Assembly: GCF_006345805.1 (NCBI RefSeq) | Contig: NC_043000.1 | Coordinates: forward strand, 162,812,001-162,876,000 | Length of the DNA: 64,000 bases | Source of the DNA: Octopus sinensis | Lineage: Eukaryota | Direction of reading: 5' to 3' | In this document: piece after piece, positions 1-13,755 of the stretch | Layout of the letters: each line of letters starts with the position of its first letter | Position numbering within the stretch: position 1 is the stretch's first letter | Notes under the pieces: generated by a model | Seen by the model: the letters and a program-made list of their open reading frames with translations, nothing else | Told to the model about the DNA's origin: nothing | Database searches by the model: none | Position numbers and translations under genes: made by a program

Positions 1-651
1 GCAAAATGCCTTGCAGTATTTAGTTACAGACATAGTTGAAATCTGTGATGTAATGACATCGAGATAGTATGAAGACGTTATATCAAGTGCACAAATATAT
101 ATGTATGTATGCATGTATATGTGTATGAATGCTTGCACACATGTATGCATGCGTATGTGGGGGTGTGCATGTATTTATATCTCGGTGTATGTATATCGCG
201 AGTGTGTCATTGGCAGACATGAATGCAGGAATGGATGTCAATGCGTATGGGAATCTTATTACATGCTAAACTTCTTGAATGTTCTACGTTTTGCATTTCT
301 TTTGATAGTCTGTAGATGTAATCTCCAGATTAGATCTGCCCCTTCTATTTTATGAAATTCAACTCCTCAAGATTGGTACTGAGGCAGTTAGTAACCCGGA
401 TGGAGTAACTGCAAATTTCTCATCAGTTCTGCATACATGCTTTCTTTTCCTCTAATCTTTTCATTAACATTACGTCAACGTCTACAAAGCAACTGATTTT
501 AACTTCTGTACATAATTTCTAGTTTACGTCCCAGTTCATCCCGTCTGGGTTGTTATGCGAGCATTTTGTCGAAGTCTTGAAAAGATACAATACACTTTCT
601 AGTATGTACGTATATATGTAATGTGTGTGTATGAATTTATGAACACATGTG

Positions 652-960
652 GTCTCGAGGTAAGGGTGTTGGGCTGTTGATCATAAAGTTGTAGGTTCGA
701 TTTTTAGACATGGTGGCTCGTTGTACCCTTGAATATAACTCCGCATTTCTCTTTGATCTTACAACTCAGTTGTACCAGCCTAGAATCGGTGCATCATTCT
801 CTCCCTTCAACTGTCATATCCACAATGGAGCAAGGATGGGAGCGGGCAAGTGAAAGTCTGTTTAAACGTGACTACACTGTCATCTAAAAGAATATGTGGG
901 TACCTAGATACGTACCTGAATAAGCACCTGAAACGGGTGCTTCAAGCTATCAAACCATAT
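652..960 (+). mobile_element. Degenerate tRNA-derived SINE
   Basis: Box A-like GGTCTCGAGGTAAGGGTG and box B-like GGTTCGATT, followed by TTGTACCCTTGA central-domain-like sequence; old and diverged. Confidence 0.45.
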
Positions 961-1685
961 TCACTTGCGTGTAGCGGCTGAGCATGTCTGTATGTATGAT
1001 GTATGTATCGTATGTGTCTGTGTGTGTATCACGGTATCAAACAGACCATCGGATGCTGTTATATACTGCTCGTCACGATGCGCTTCGCATTTTTTCAGCT
1101 TTCGAATACCGCCTACATACTTCCTGTACAATAAATATATAGATCATGGGAGGTAACGTATAAGAAAATACTAATTGTTATCTCCCTTACATTAGCCATG
1201 AAATGTTTGTCAGGACATGCGTTCACCATAAATTGATTAAATTGATATCAGCTAGCGGTATGTTCGATATGAATTGATTAATTCCTTAATCATTTCGTGT
1301 GAAGACGTTCATGCACATTCAAATTTATAATTACAAGTACACACGTATGTGCACATGCACATCTATATAAAATGTGCACACACACAACACACACAAACAA
1401 ACACATACACGCATACACTCACACACATGCTTAGTGTCGCATAGGTACACTGGCACTCACACACACACACACACACACTCACATACACACACCAAATACA
1501 TATCTGCAACTGCAATCTGTATTTTGTTCGTGCCTCCGTATGTGCATATAATCGTGGAGTTTCACAGATTTTGACTCCAAACCTTATTGTATTTACCCCG
1601 CAATACGTTATTGACCATTCGTTCTTACCTTCGATATTAGCGCGTGGCAGCATGTGAAACCGCTAATCCCTGTATTTCCCCTCGT

Positions 1686-1724
1686 TCCTCCATGTAGAAG
1701 AGTGTAGACTCGAAACGTCAAAGA
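1686..1724 (+). ncRNA. Degenerate hammerhead-like motif, family X
   Basis: ATGTAGA-A-GAGT(GTAG)ACTC-GAAAC-GTC-AAAGA; homologous to 18637-18674 with a compensatory stem II change; core degenerate. Confidence 0.5.
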
Positions 1725-1797
1725 CTCCTCTATTTTACCTAAGAATAAATCTAATGCACCTTGCTTATTGTCCCCTCACTCTCACTTGTCTCTGTCC

Positions 1798-1828
<31 letters not shown>

Positions 1829-1949
1829 ATATATATTATATTAAATTAGAGATAAAACCACTATTATATATGCGTGTGTGTGTGAAAGAGAGAGAGAGAG
1901 AGCGAGATAGAGAGTATGGTGGTTAATTCCACGTGGTTGAATATACAAG

Positions 1950-3110
1950 TAAAGAGAAAAAAGGAAAAACAGATTTATTTTACACGACTAAAGAATATAT
2001 TCGAATCATCATAGCAAAATTATAATACATTATACAAAATAAGATTTTCTTCTTCCAACATAATATAACCGGTTTTGCTAAAGCTTTTCAAAAGTTTGAG
2101 TGTTGGATACAATTTGGAGTTCTGGATTTTGTTTGCTGCGATGTATAATTGGTAACCAAGGTATTTTTCATTAAAGGGGAAGTAAGTCTGTAATTTCTAA
2201 TATTGCTTCGTATTTGATTCTGGCTTATATCAATATTATCTTCAATAGATGGGGTATTTATTTTGATATGTCTCAGTTAGCATGAACAAGTATTGCTTAG
2301 CCTATGTGGTTTAGTAAAAAATGTCCGTTTCTATTTTCTTTTTGATTATTTTTTAAACAGTATGTCTAAGAATGGGAGTTCTTGGTTGTATTCCATTGTA
2401 AATTGTATGATGATGTTAATGTTATTAAGAAGTCTTTTGAACTCCAGGAGTTTATCTATATTTTCATTTCAGAGATTGAAGCAGTTGTCCAAAAATCTTT
2501 TCTAATTTTCTTTTCCCAAATTTAGAAAATGGTTACCAAATTTTGGTAACCATTGTGGTTACCAAATTTTGAACAGGACTCCTGGTATATTATTTGTCCA
2601 GCCAGAAGCGGATTACTTCTATTCCATAACTGCATGGTATGTTAGTGTATAGGTTTATCACATCAAATGAAACCATGAAGGTTTCTTCTTTGACCTCTTC
2701 TGGTAGGTGATTTAACATATCTAAGTCATCTCTGATATAAATTTTGGTGCATTTTAGAAATGGTTTCAGGAGGATATCCATGAGGCAACTTAGTCGATGG
2801 ATGCGTTTCACAAGATAGTCCAGTTACAATGGGTCGCAATTTCAGGACTCCTGTTGCTGTTGTATGCATGTATGCCTTTGGTGATCTTTTGATGGCTTCA
2901 TTTATCGTTTGACTTTTGTGAATTGTTGGTAGACTATAGAATAGGCTGGGTTTACATTTAATGTGTGTTAAATAGTCTATTTTTAGTTAGGTCTTTTCCG
3001 TGGGTTTAGATTAGTGAAAAGAGGATTTTCATTATTTTTGTGGGACTGTAGTCATTCATTTTTTCGTAGTGTTCGTCATTGTTTAGCATGAATGCTACTA
3101 GACTTCCAAA
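1950..3110 (-). mobile_element. Penelope-like element: RT fragment fused to 3' end
   Basis: ORF 2590-2811(-) MVSFDVINLYTNIP is a typical PLE RT motif; IETDIFY/KQYL thumb-like remnant near 2280-2340; 1950-2258 is the reverse complement of 3648-3950. Confidence 0.8.
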
Positions 3111-3199
3111 CTGAGGGAAATTATACGTATCCATAAAACCATTAAAAAGCAGTAAACAACGAAAGACATTAACGAAGATCCTCACAAATGCTAAATTAT

Positions 3200-3950
3200 T
3201 CTCACGAATAACAGACGCAAGAGTAAAATAAATGTGGTCGTTCTAACTGCAAAATATGTCCCCATCTTTTGGAAGGATCAGAATTCCATTTTAGACAAGG
3301 ACAAAATTTCAAAATTAAATTCAACTTCACTTGCGCTTCTGAAAACCTCATTTATGTAATCAGATGCTCGGCGTGCCATACAAACTATATATTGTCTACA
3401 ATAATGTCTGTCAGACGAAGATGTACAGTTCACAGACAACAGATATCTTCCCCACGATATCGCCAGATATATCTCAGTGAACACATTGGTAGATGTGCAG
3501 AACAACAGCAACCACAATTCCTAATCTTCCCATTATATCATTTTGCCCTTTGGACCTCAACATAAGTGCGACTAAACAAAGAGGCCTCATTTATCGAAAA
3601 ATATAAACCAGAATTAAATATAATCCCATATTGAAAAGTAAAGATTTACCCCCATCTATTGAAGTTAATATTGATATAAGCCAGAATCAAATACAAATCA
3701 ATAATAAAACTAACAGATTTTCCACCACCACCCTTATTGAAAAATACCTAGGTTAACAATTACCCCCCCCCCTCCCCCAGCAAATAAAATCTCTAACTCC
3801 AAATTGTATCCAACACTCAAACTTTTGAAAAGCGTTAGCAAAACAGGTTAATGTTAGAAGAAAAATATTACTTTGTATAATATTGTATAATACTTTTGCT
3901 ATGCCGATTCTAATATATTTTTAGTTGTATAAAACAAATCTTCTGTGTTT
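3200..3950 (+). mobile_element. Penelope-like element: GIY-YIG endonuclease and 3' region
   Basis: ORF 3269-3565 FTCASENLIYVIRCSACHTNYI...RRRCTVHRQQI, and the terminal EASFIEKYKPELN at about 3580-3622. Confidence 0.85.
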
Positions 3951-4911
3951 TTCAAATATCAAATCGACTGTGTTGTAATTTAGTTACTGCCTAAAGGCTC
4001 CACTAATATCTTTTTAATCAATGACTTTCAGTATATTTATTTGTGTTTTTTGGGGGGGAGGCGGGGTTGTTTTTCTTCCACCCATTTTTTTTTCTTCCCC
4101 AGATTGTTTTGACTATGAATATAGGTCCCACAGCAAGATAATGAATAGAGGAGATTATTTCACAATCGGCAATTATTTTTTAGCATTTATATTTTCGTTG
4201 TTTATAATCTACATTTACTCTCAGATGATCATTCCTCTATTTTGTGCAGTGGGTAAATTTTCATAATTTCCTGCTCATAGATTGCATGAAGTTGGTCTTC
4301 GTGTTGATAGATTATAAACTTACTCAATATTGAGATATTGCTGTAACTTACTACCTCAATATTTCTGTTTTTACTTTAGATAACCATGTCAAAACCGGGC
4401 TCAACTTTCTGCTTTATTTTGTTGCAGTATTTAATAGTACTCTTACCTGATGTTCGATTTATGTTAGTGCGTGGTTCATACCTCTACTCAAATTCATTAT
4501 TGCCATTATGATGTTGCTAATTTCGTGCTCACAAACTAAAGTGAAAGAGAGCTGTTACTTCAGAGTTACAATCTAAGTCAAGTATGATGTTAAACCAGTT
4601 TTAAGGCCACGGCATCCAGTCTGGGAAATATAATCAATTTAAATCCCTATTGACTTTTTAAATTCTCGTAAGTTCTGAGTAGTTTGCGAGTTCTTATAGT
4701 TATAAACTCCAGTTCTTGTATTTAGTAGTTCAGAAGGCCGATATGCTTATTACAATAGGTTTAGAATTCTAATGCTCGAATCTTTACTCTTTTTAGGTAT
4801 ACATTTTATGCAGACCTATTAATGGGTGTGTCATTCCTCACATTGTCATTCGACCAAGATATTTGGAGTTCTTACCTACACCAGTGTTGTTAGGCCATTT
4901 TCACATGCACA

Positions 4912-4914
<3 letters not shown>

Positions 4915-4954
<40 letters not shown>

Positions 4955-6959
4955 AGAAGCAGACACACATACACACGCGCACACACTCACATTCCAGAGA
5001 TACACAAGTTTTTCCACATCTATCACCCAAAATACACTTTTGGATTCATCAAATTTCATCTCAGTATTCGTGGAAAACTTAGGTTAGAAATCTAATTGAT
5101 TTTTAATGTGGTTAAAGCTTTATCTTCGAAATCAAATTCATTAATCTTAAATATCAACAAAAGTAGAATGCGTAACTTTTGCAAGTCATGTGATATCAGT
5201 AAGCATGTCATTTTCATGCCATTTTCATGCCAGTTTCAAGCATGCCAATCCACAACAAAAGACAGGAAATTATAATCGGATATATCTGATTTCCCCTGTA
5301 AAATGGTTTATACTTGGCCTATACAATTTCACGTGGTCTACACGGAAAATATGAAAGATATTTGTGGATTTATTTTTATAATTACTATGTGTTGCGAGAA
5401 AGTATGACAAATGGCGTTTAATATGAAGATAAAAACGCAGCACAAACAAGCTATCGCTCTGCATGATGCCTTTTCGCTTGGTATCAGATTTAATTTATTT
5501 GTCCTCACTTTTGAGAAGTAAAGTGGTATGCCAAGTGTTGAGTAAGTGATGAATGACGACATTGCGGCGATTGGCTAAGTGAAATCTTTTGGTAATCCAA
5601 CCATGCAATATATTATCAAAGGCTTCTAAAAGTCTAACCCCGCTGCAATGTAGTCCTGCTGGTTCATTGTGGATGGAAGTCTGCTTCTATTTATGGTTTA
5701 TGCATTTACTCTTGTACGCTTTTACTCTTTTACTTGTTTCAGTCATTTGACTGTGGCCATGATGGAGCACCGCCTTTAGTCGAGCAAATCGACCCCCAGG
5801 ACTTATTCATTGGATGCCTAGTACTTATTCTATCGGTGTCTTTTGCCGAACCGCTAAGTTACGGGGACGTAAACACACCACCATCGGTTGTCAGGTGACG
5901 TTGGGGGGGGGGACAAACACAGACACACAAACATACATACACACACACACACACCACACACACACACACACAGAGAGAAGCAGACACACATACACACGCG
6001 CACACACTCACATTCCAGAGATACACAAGTTTTTCCACATCTATCACCCAAAATACACTTTTGGATTCATCAAATTTCATCTCAGTATTCGTGGAAAACT
6101 TAGGTTAGAAATCTAATTGATTTTTAATGTGGTTAAAGCTTTATCTTCGAAATCAAATTCATTAATCTTAAATATCAACAAAAGTAGAATGCGTAACTTT
6201 TGCAAGTCATGTGATATCAGTAAGCATGTCATTTTCATGCCATTTTCATGCCAGTTTCAAGCATGCCAATCCACAACAAAAGACAGGAAATTATAATCGG
6301 ATATATCTGATTTCCCCTGTAAAATGGTTTATACTTGGCCTATACAATTTCACGTGGTCTACACGGAAAATATGAAAGATATTTGTGGATTTATTTTTAT
6401 AATTACTATGTGTTGCGAGAAAGTATGACAAATGGCGTTTAATATGAAGATAAAAACGCAGCACAAACAAGCTATCGCTCTGCATGATGCCTTTTCGCTT
6501 GGTATCAGATTTAATTTATTTGTCCTCACTTTTGAGAAGTAAAGTGGTATGCCAAGTGTTGAGTAAGTGATGAATGACGACATTGCGGCGATTGGCTAAG
6601 TGAAATCTTTTGGTAATCCAACCATGCAATATATTATCAAAGGCTTCTAAAAGTCTAACCCCGCTGCAATGTAGTCCTGCTGGTTCATTGTGGATGGAAG
6701 TCTGCTTCTATTTATGGTTTATGCATTTACTCTTGTACGCTTTTACTCTTTTACTTGTTTCAGTCATTTGACTGTGGCCATGATGGAGCACCGCCTTTAG
6801 TCGAGCAAATCGACCCCCAGGACTTATTCATTGGATGCCTAGTACTTATTCTATCGGTGTCTTTTGCCGAACCGCTAAGTTACGGGGACGTAAACACACC
6901 ACCATCGGTTGTCAGGTGACGTTGGGGGGGGGGACAAACACAGACACACAAACATACAT

Positions 6960-6965
<6 letters not shown>
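4915..6965. repeat. Direct tandem duplication, 1021-bp unit, two copies
   Basis: Identical ORFs at 5270/6291, 5338/6359 and 5814/6835 (offset 1021); breakpoints fall in (CA)n tracts. Confidence 0.95.
5721..5935 (-). mobile_element. SINE family 1, 3' half only (first duplication unit)
   Basis: Reverse complement of GACAACCGATG...CTTAGCGGTTCGGCAAAAGA...GACTGAAACAAGTAAAAGAGT, which recurs many times in the window. Confidence 0.9.
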
Positions 6966-6992
<27 letters not shown>

Positions 6993-7160
6993 CACATATA
7001 TACGACGGGATTCTTTCAGTTTCCGTCTACCAAATTCACTCACAAGGCTTTGGTCGGCCCGAGGCTATAGTAGAAGACACTTACCTAATTTGACACGCAG
7101 TGGGACTGAACCCGGAACCATGTGGTTCGTAAGCAAGCTACTTACCACACAGCCACTCTT
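6742..7160 (-). mobile_element. SINE family 1, near full length
   Basis: 3' half at 6742-6960, internal microsatellite, then the tRNA-like head (reverse complement of GAGTGGCTGTGTGGTAAGTAGCTTG...GGTTCAGTCCCACTGCGTG) at 7000-7160. Confidence 0.9.
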
Positions 7161-7830
7161 ACGTGTATGTATATGCATAGATGCAGGTCATTGCACAAGT
7201 ACTATGTTTGTATGTAAGTGTCTATATGCACAGACAACAGCCGAAACTCGAATATTTTACATATTCTCACAATTCCCTTACTGATTTGTAACAGTAATTA
7301 GCCGTGTCCTAAGAGTGATGGTGAAACAGTCGCAAAACAAAAAATCCTAATGTAAATATTTGTATATACAAACACACACACACACACACATACACACAAA
7401 ACACTAATATGTGTATGTATTAAGTAATAAAACATCTTGTATGCTTCTGCGCCTATATTCAGAAAAAATAAATATTTAAAATCTGAGAATAAAGAATCCG
7501 AGCAAGACTGGCAGGTTCGAGACACAAGGAATAAAGTTACATCAACTCTGACCTGTTGATGACGTCAGTACCTTACAAAGGTTGAAGTATTTAAGCATTA
7601 AAAGATGTCAATCTTGGGGAACCTTTAAGCACTGAAACAGTCTTCATTTTTGTGTCTTTTTTTTCGTTATGACACAGTAAGTTACTTGATAGACAGGATG
7701 CTTGATCGCGTAAACACCTCTTTTCCATTCTTTGTTTATTTCGTTCTTCCTTTCTCGATTTTTTTCTCCCTCTTCCGCTCATTCATTCGCTCCAACACCT
7801 ACAAACATGTGCAGAAACATAAACACAGAC

Positions 7831-7891
<61 letters not shown>

Positions 7892-8114
7892 CCTATGTAT
7901 GTATATGTGTATGAATGGATGGATGGATGGATGGATGGACATTTATATACATATACAGATATGTCAGTGTATGTCTACAACTTACCTTTCTCTCTCTGTC
8001 TCCATACAGATGTACGCACGCTCACAAACACGCACATATGTATATGATGTGCGTATATACGTATGTATGTGTATCACTGTATGTATGTATGTATATATAC
8101 AGAGAGAGAGAGAG

Positions 8115-8171
8115 AAAGAGATAGATAGATAGATAGATATAGATAGATAGATAGATATAGATAGATAGATA

Positions 8172-8214
<43 letters not shown>

Positions 8215-8315
8215 TAGATAGATAGATAGACAGATAGATAGGTAGATAGATAGATAGATAGATAGATAGATATAGATAGATAGATAGACAGATAGATAGA
8301 TAGATAGATAGATAG

Positions 8316-8362
<47 letters not shown>

Positions 8363-8385
8363 CAGATAGATAGATAGATAGATAC
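8115..8385. repeat. (GATA)n microsatellite within a compound TA/GGAT/GATA/CATA tract
   Basis: Directly visible; source of the SIYL-repeat pseudo-ORFs. Confidence 0.97.
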
Positions 8386-8799
8386 ATACATACATACATA
8401 CATACATACATGTACACACACATCTGCCAGTAGTTTATCAATCATCTAGGTGCAATTGACATCATAACATTGTAACATAAATGGAATTACAGATTCTGCT
8501 AATTTATTACTGGTTCTTGCTGACAATGGAGAAATGGAAGTGCGAAAAATAGAACAACTGAATAAAAAGCGCAATTTACCGAGAGAGACTCCGATCAGAG
8601 GGAGGACAGTGGGAGAGAGAAAGGGAGAAAATAAAAGTGCGTGAGAGAGAGAGAGAGACAGAGAGAGACAGAGAGAAGATGAAGAGAGGCCAGGGAAAAT
8701 AAGAATACATGTCCTTCTAAAGACCAGTAATGTTGATTGTAGTTTATTCTTTTAGTTGCTCTAAACTGTCGCCTGGGGCACCACCATTAATCTTCTTTT

Positions 8800-10210
8800 C
8801 AATTTATATAATTTTCGCATCTTTCTTTTTGTGGTTGATTTCTGGTGAATGAGAAAGTCGGATATTGCTACTCTTATTTGTATTTCTTGCCATTATGTAA
8901 GTCCTTTTTAGATATCAGGTAATATTATGCCAACGTGTTTTCTTGAAAATCGCAACACCCGCTCCTAGTATCTCTCTTAAGGTATTAAAGACGATATTGA
9001 ATTGCCATGGGATTTTGAACTTAAAGTTGTCACATCATCGCGCCCTTTCTCTTGACGACGAACTGGGAATCTTTGGTTCAATGCAGCTAGTTTGGTGATT
9101 GGTAATTTGGAGATTCCTCTTTGAGGAACAGTACTTTCCCTACCCGATTGAATCATTCGCAAGGGTCTCAGATAATATCCAGTTCTATTCTACATTTGAC
9201 CGCAACTGTTGGACATAAGTGAACATGTCAGCGATATCTGAGCACTAAACGAGTGCTTGCTGAACAGTTTCTTCCCTCTGTGAACATCTCAGAGTCTCAT
9301 CCAACAGCACTTCAATGCCTATACATTTTGCTAAAGCCTGAAATGCCTCTCTGTAGCCCTATGAGGTCAAGTAAGTATATTTGGAAATTATTCACAGCAA
9401 TCCCATGTCCGAAAATGCTTCGAAACAGACCAGGCATTTCGTCGTGTCTCGTTTCTACAACTAGCTCTGCATATAGTGCTAACATATAAATTCTGCTAAC
9501 CACATTAACCATAAGATTGGTGAGTGTTCAACAACATTCTAGATGCCTGTACAACATGCAGCATCTATAGGAAGCAGAAAATCTGAGATCGATCCATTCA
9601 TTCTATTCAGACAGTAACTGGACCAAGACACGAGGATCAGGTTGTAAATGATGAAGAAGGGGAAGTATGTATTCGCCCGACCTTTCGGGAACAGTTCCTT
9701 GTTCCCTCTGTTTGGAGTCCTGAAATGAGACTGATCCATAAGAGTTTAACAGGTCCGTCAGCTCAAAGAACCACGACGCTGTGTGGCGACATGAATTTGT
9801 CTCACCCGGTGCTGAGCTGCAAAACCACTGGTCTGTCGGAGTTATTTTCTCTTGACACCGTTTCATATTTCTTTTGAATGGTGCCGACCAACTCTACTTC
9901 CGTAGTGCTGGGACCTTTACTGTGACCTAGTCTGCATACATCCCAGATCGAAAGAATACCTCTCAAGACTTTTAGCTTCCACAGAAATGGCTCAAGAACC
10001 AGTCCATAAGGAAGTTGTAAGAAAGAACATCTCTGACAAAGCGAACACGCAATATCAAATAGTTTCGAGAGATAACAGTTCGCTCTGAATCCTGGATAGT
10101 CATCTCTGTGTATTGATCAAACCCGAGAAAACATATCAGAGACCAGCCTTTTTAAGATGGCTGCCAAGTAGGGATAGTCGGATCTACCGTGATCAGAGCC
10201 CCAACAAACC
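8800..10210 (-). mobile_element. Degenerate 5' part of a LINE (ORF1-like region and start of an apurinic endonuclease), possibly L1/Tx1-like
   Basis: Minus-strand remnants TKCLVC (about 9420, zinc-knuckle-like), TKLAALNQR and GAGVAIFKK (about 8940-8965, APE-like GVAI motif); many stops and frameshifts. Confidence 0.4.
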
Positions 10211-10229
10211 CAGATTTATTACGCACCCT

Positions 10230-10275
10230 AATGATAATGATAATGATGATGACGGTGATGATGATGATCATAATT

Positions 10276-10312
<37 letters not shown>

Positions 10313-10369
10313 CGACGATGATGGTGACTGATGATGACGATGATGATAGTAACAATAATAATCATTATC

Positions 10370-10443
<74 letters not shown>

Positions 10444-10460
10444 CATCATCGTCGTCGTCA
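10230..10460. repeat. Compound (GAT)n/(TAT)n microsatellite
   Basis: Directly visible. Confidence 0.97.
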
Positions 10461-11049
10461 TCTTAAACCGTTGTAGTAAGAAGCAGCAATTTAATAGGTT
10501 ATAATGTTAATTCTATTCTTATGACATAAAAAAGATAACTAAAACGTTCAGCAAAATATTCAGGAAAATGTTGATAGTAGTAACAATTGTAGTACATAAA
10601 TTTACTCATAACGATCATAGTGATGCAACTCCAACTAATTAATCTGGTTCAAGTCCTATAAGGTGAAGTTGGTGATGAAGGTAATGAAGTTGCTGATAGA
10701 CGTGATGATGATGACGGCGGCGGCGGCGGTGGCGAGGAGGAGGCTCAGCAGCAGCAGCAGCAGGAGCAAGAGGGGCAGGAAGAGGACATAACGAGAGACG
10801 AACCTTGTAGCAGTTAAAAACATTTAAAAGACAAGTGTGTCTGCAGTGGTATTTATAATCGTATCATAAATGATAGAATCAATAAAATTCTTGTGGTTGC
10901 TAAAAATACTCGATGAAATAATAGATTGTATAAAATAAGGTAAGTGGGTTATATATTTTCCTATTGGTGTACAAACAGCCATTGTCTGAATGGTGCAAGG
11001 ACCATCAATTCACTTATTCTGAAGACTTCTTAGATATGAGTAAAAGAAT

Positions 11050-12200
11050 CTATTTAGAGAGAAATTAGAAGTAAAAGAAGAAAACAAAATAGAAAAGAAA
11101 TAGATGGCGTCTTTATAGAGAGATGTAAGTTCTTTTATCAGTTTCATCTTAAGGAATGCAGATTTAGTAAGAAAATTATGGCCGATATCTATGAGTTATA
11201 GAGTATTAGGTGTTCCTGAATACTCGCTTATGCTTGTCCTTGAGAGTAAGAGGGCATAAGCTGTCAAAAGTAGTCGTCTTAAAGAACTAACAGAATAGTG
11301 AGTACTGAAGAAAGTCTGTTACAGCGACGGGAAAATTTGTCTCCGTATTTGTGGCTATACTAGATACTGTTTCGGATTGACGAGATGGTTATTAAGCAGT
11401 GAAATTACAATTATCGACAGCATCGGTATCCAAATGTGTGTTCTGAGAAAGCTGAAGTTTAGATTGTGCAGAATCCAAACAATGATAGAATTATTTCTTG
11501 GGTTTCGCTAGTACAACGAGCAAACTGTTGGTTCTTGATTTATCATTTTATCCACTGGGATCTGAGACAGGTTCTTTGCTCAGATGCATTTTATAGATAT
11601 TGTGTCAGCATGCGGTCGCATTCTCAGATCTTTGGAAACGTCTTTCAGAATACAGAATCATTTCTTCGATCATTACCACTTCTATGCACAAAATATATGG
11701 CCCACTATGACTTGTTGTTTAGTTCTTGCAAGGATGTTCCATTGCATGTCGGATTGTGCTTCAGTGTAGCATAGAAGGGCAAGTTCGTTAAAAATTTGCC
11801 CGTTGGCCGAAATACTAGAGAGTCTTAGAGTTATGTATTTTGCTAAGTTCTTGGTAGTAGGCCTAGGGTTATTAGGATATTTATCTATGAAAAGAAGTAA
11901 TTCTTTGTGTTTTCTAGATGAGTAATCGAGTTCCTCGTATTTTTCATTGGGTGTATATAAACCATTGTTTATGATTGTCATCACAACATAAACATTCATT
12001 ACATTAACGTTCGATTCTATAGTTATTCTAAATCTTATTTCCGTAGAGTAATACAAGAGGTCGTTCCTGATTCTTTCTAAAATACAGAGATTCTGCTAGT
12101 GACGGAAATTAATTTATCGTCCCTATAAACGAGCATCTTACATTTTCTTCATTGGGATAAATCACTGGACACGATTAATCAGGTTTTTGATTTATCACTT
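11050..12200 (-). mobile_element. Degenerate Penelope-like RT/thumb fragment
   Basis: VYRDDKL catalytic motif at about 12111-12131(-); ORF 11682-12056 ...YPNNP...KNLAKYITLRLSSISAN..IFN matches the PLE thumb pattern. Confidence 0.75.
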
Positions 12201-12259
12201 CAGGTAACTGTTAATGCACTTACTCACGCAGAGACAGAGGATGTTCAAGTGCAAAGAAC

Positions 12260-12960
12260 ATTTAAATTCTCATCGGATATTAGATTATCTTATTCGTAGA
12301 ATACATCACAGTAATCAGCAACGGATTCTCTACCAAACTAATCGACTAAGACATAGAATAAATTAAATCCAACAAAAACATCGGACACCAAAATTATTAA
12401 AATTATAAAAAATACGCTCAAGATATATTGGATGAATTAAATATCTATTAGCGATAGAATAGATGAACACGTTATGAAAAACCATTTATAGCAACACAAT
12501 GCATTACTTCAAACTATAAAATAACATTAATAGTACAACAATAAAAACATGAAAATTCAAAACCTTTTTATCGGCAATAAATTTCATGTTCGTAACATGC
12601 TGCAGAAGATATTAATGTCGTATGTGATTCATAAATTTCACTTCAAACGTTGAAGTTGTGAACTTCCCGACCCTAATTTCTATATTGGCCATGACATACT
12701 CTCTTGTCGGCTTACCATGCTCTTAGATCAAAGACCAAGTGCAGCAAGCTACTCTATCCAGCACAAATCGAAACGAAATAAGAAAACATTCCGGGACAAC
12801 ACGTCTATACTCTAAAGATTTCTCCAAAAACATAGACGATTAAAGGTGGAAGTAATACTCATAACACAGCACAAGGCTAAAATAAACACACAAATAGCAA
12901 ACACCAGCCACCCAACAAACATAAACACCGAACTGACGAGATTTAAATTTAATCTTCATA
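12260..12960 (+). mobile_element. Degenerate Penelope-like linker and GIY-YIG fragment
   Basis: + strand remnants ISNGF..KLID and SYVIHKF...FYIG...LSCRLTM (about 12615-12725). Confidence 0.6.
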
Positions 12961-13171
12961 AAAGGAAAGAAGTAGGGAACGGTTATACATTTCAACCATG
13001 TCTAAAAATAAACTCTTTCTCATCTTCATACATGCACACATACATATACATACAATATAAAACATACACACATTCTTATGTATATATGTATATGTATATG
13101 TATGCATGTATATGTATATGCATACACACAAATGTATATGTAAATATATAATGCATGTACGAATATATAGG

Positions 13172-13217
<46 letters not shown>

Positions 13218-13691
13218 ATATATATTATATATATATATATATGCAAAAGTATATATATAAATATTTATATACATAATTATGTATACATAGATATATATGA
13301 ATTTATATATAATAATATTTACTATGTCTGTGTTGGAGAAATGCATATATTTATATGTGTTTGTGCATATGTGTAGATAATTGTGTGTGTCTGCATAATA
13401 AGCGTGAATAAGCTTACGTATGTACATATCAAAAAGAAAAAAAAAAGAAAAAAAAGGCACACAAAATCCATGCGTAAGCAACCAAGTAAATTAATAGCAA
13501 ATACATATTTAGAAGAATGGTAAAGATATTAGTCATATTCATTTCCATTGAGGAATTGTTTCTCTGGAAACGTAAGTTGTTTGGCAGTTGGCAATTGAAG
13601 ACGGAAGAGAAAGGAAAAAAGAAACCGAATTGGGGAAATAAGATGCATTTCAAATTATTATCGTTCCTTCATCGTCTTTTCGTTCTGCTTA

Positions 13692-13755
<64 letters not shown>

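Noticed and set aside
10120-10230. Possible HDV-like ribozyme at the 5' end of the minus-strand LINE-like element
   Set aside because: I could not build the P1/P2/P3/P1.1 nested pseudoknot by hand; only a CAGCC/GGCTG hairpin is evident.
10690-10790. GGC/GAG/CAG triplet run resembling a low-complexity coding exon
   Set aside because: It is embedded in a compound trinucleotide tract with no splice signals or flanking ORF.
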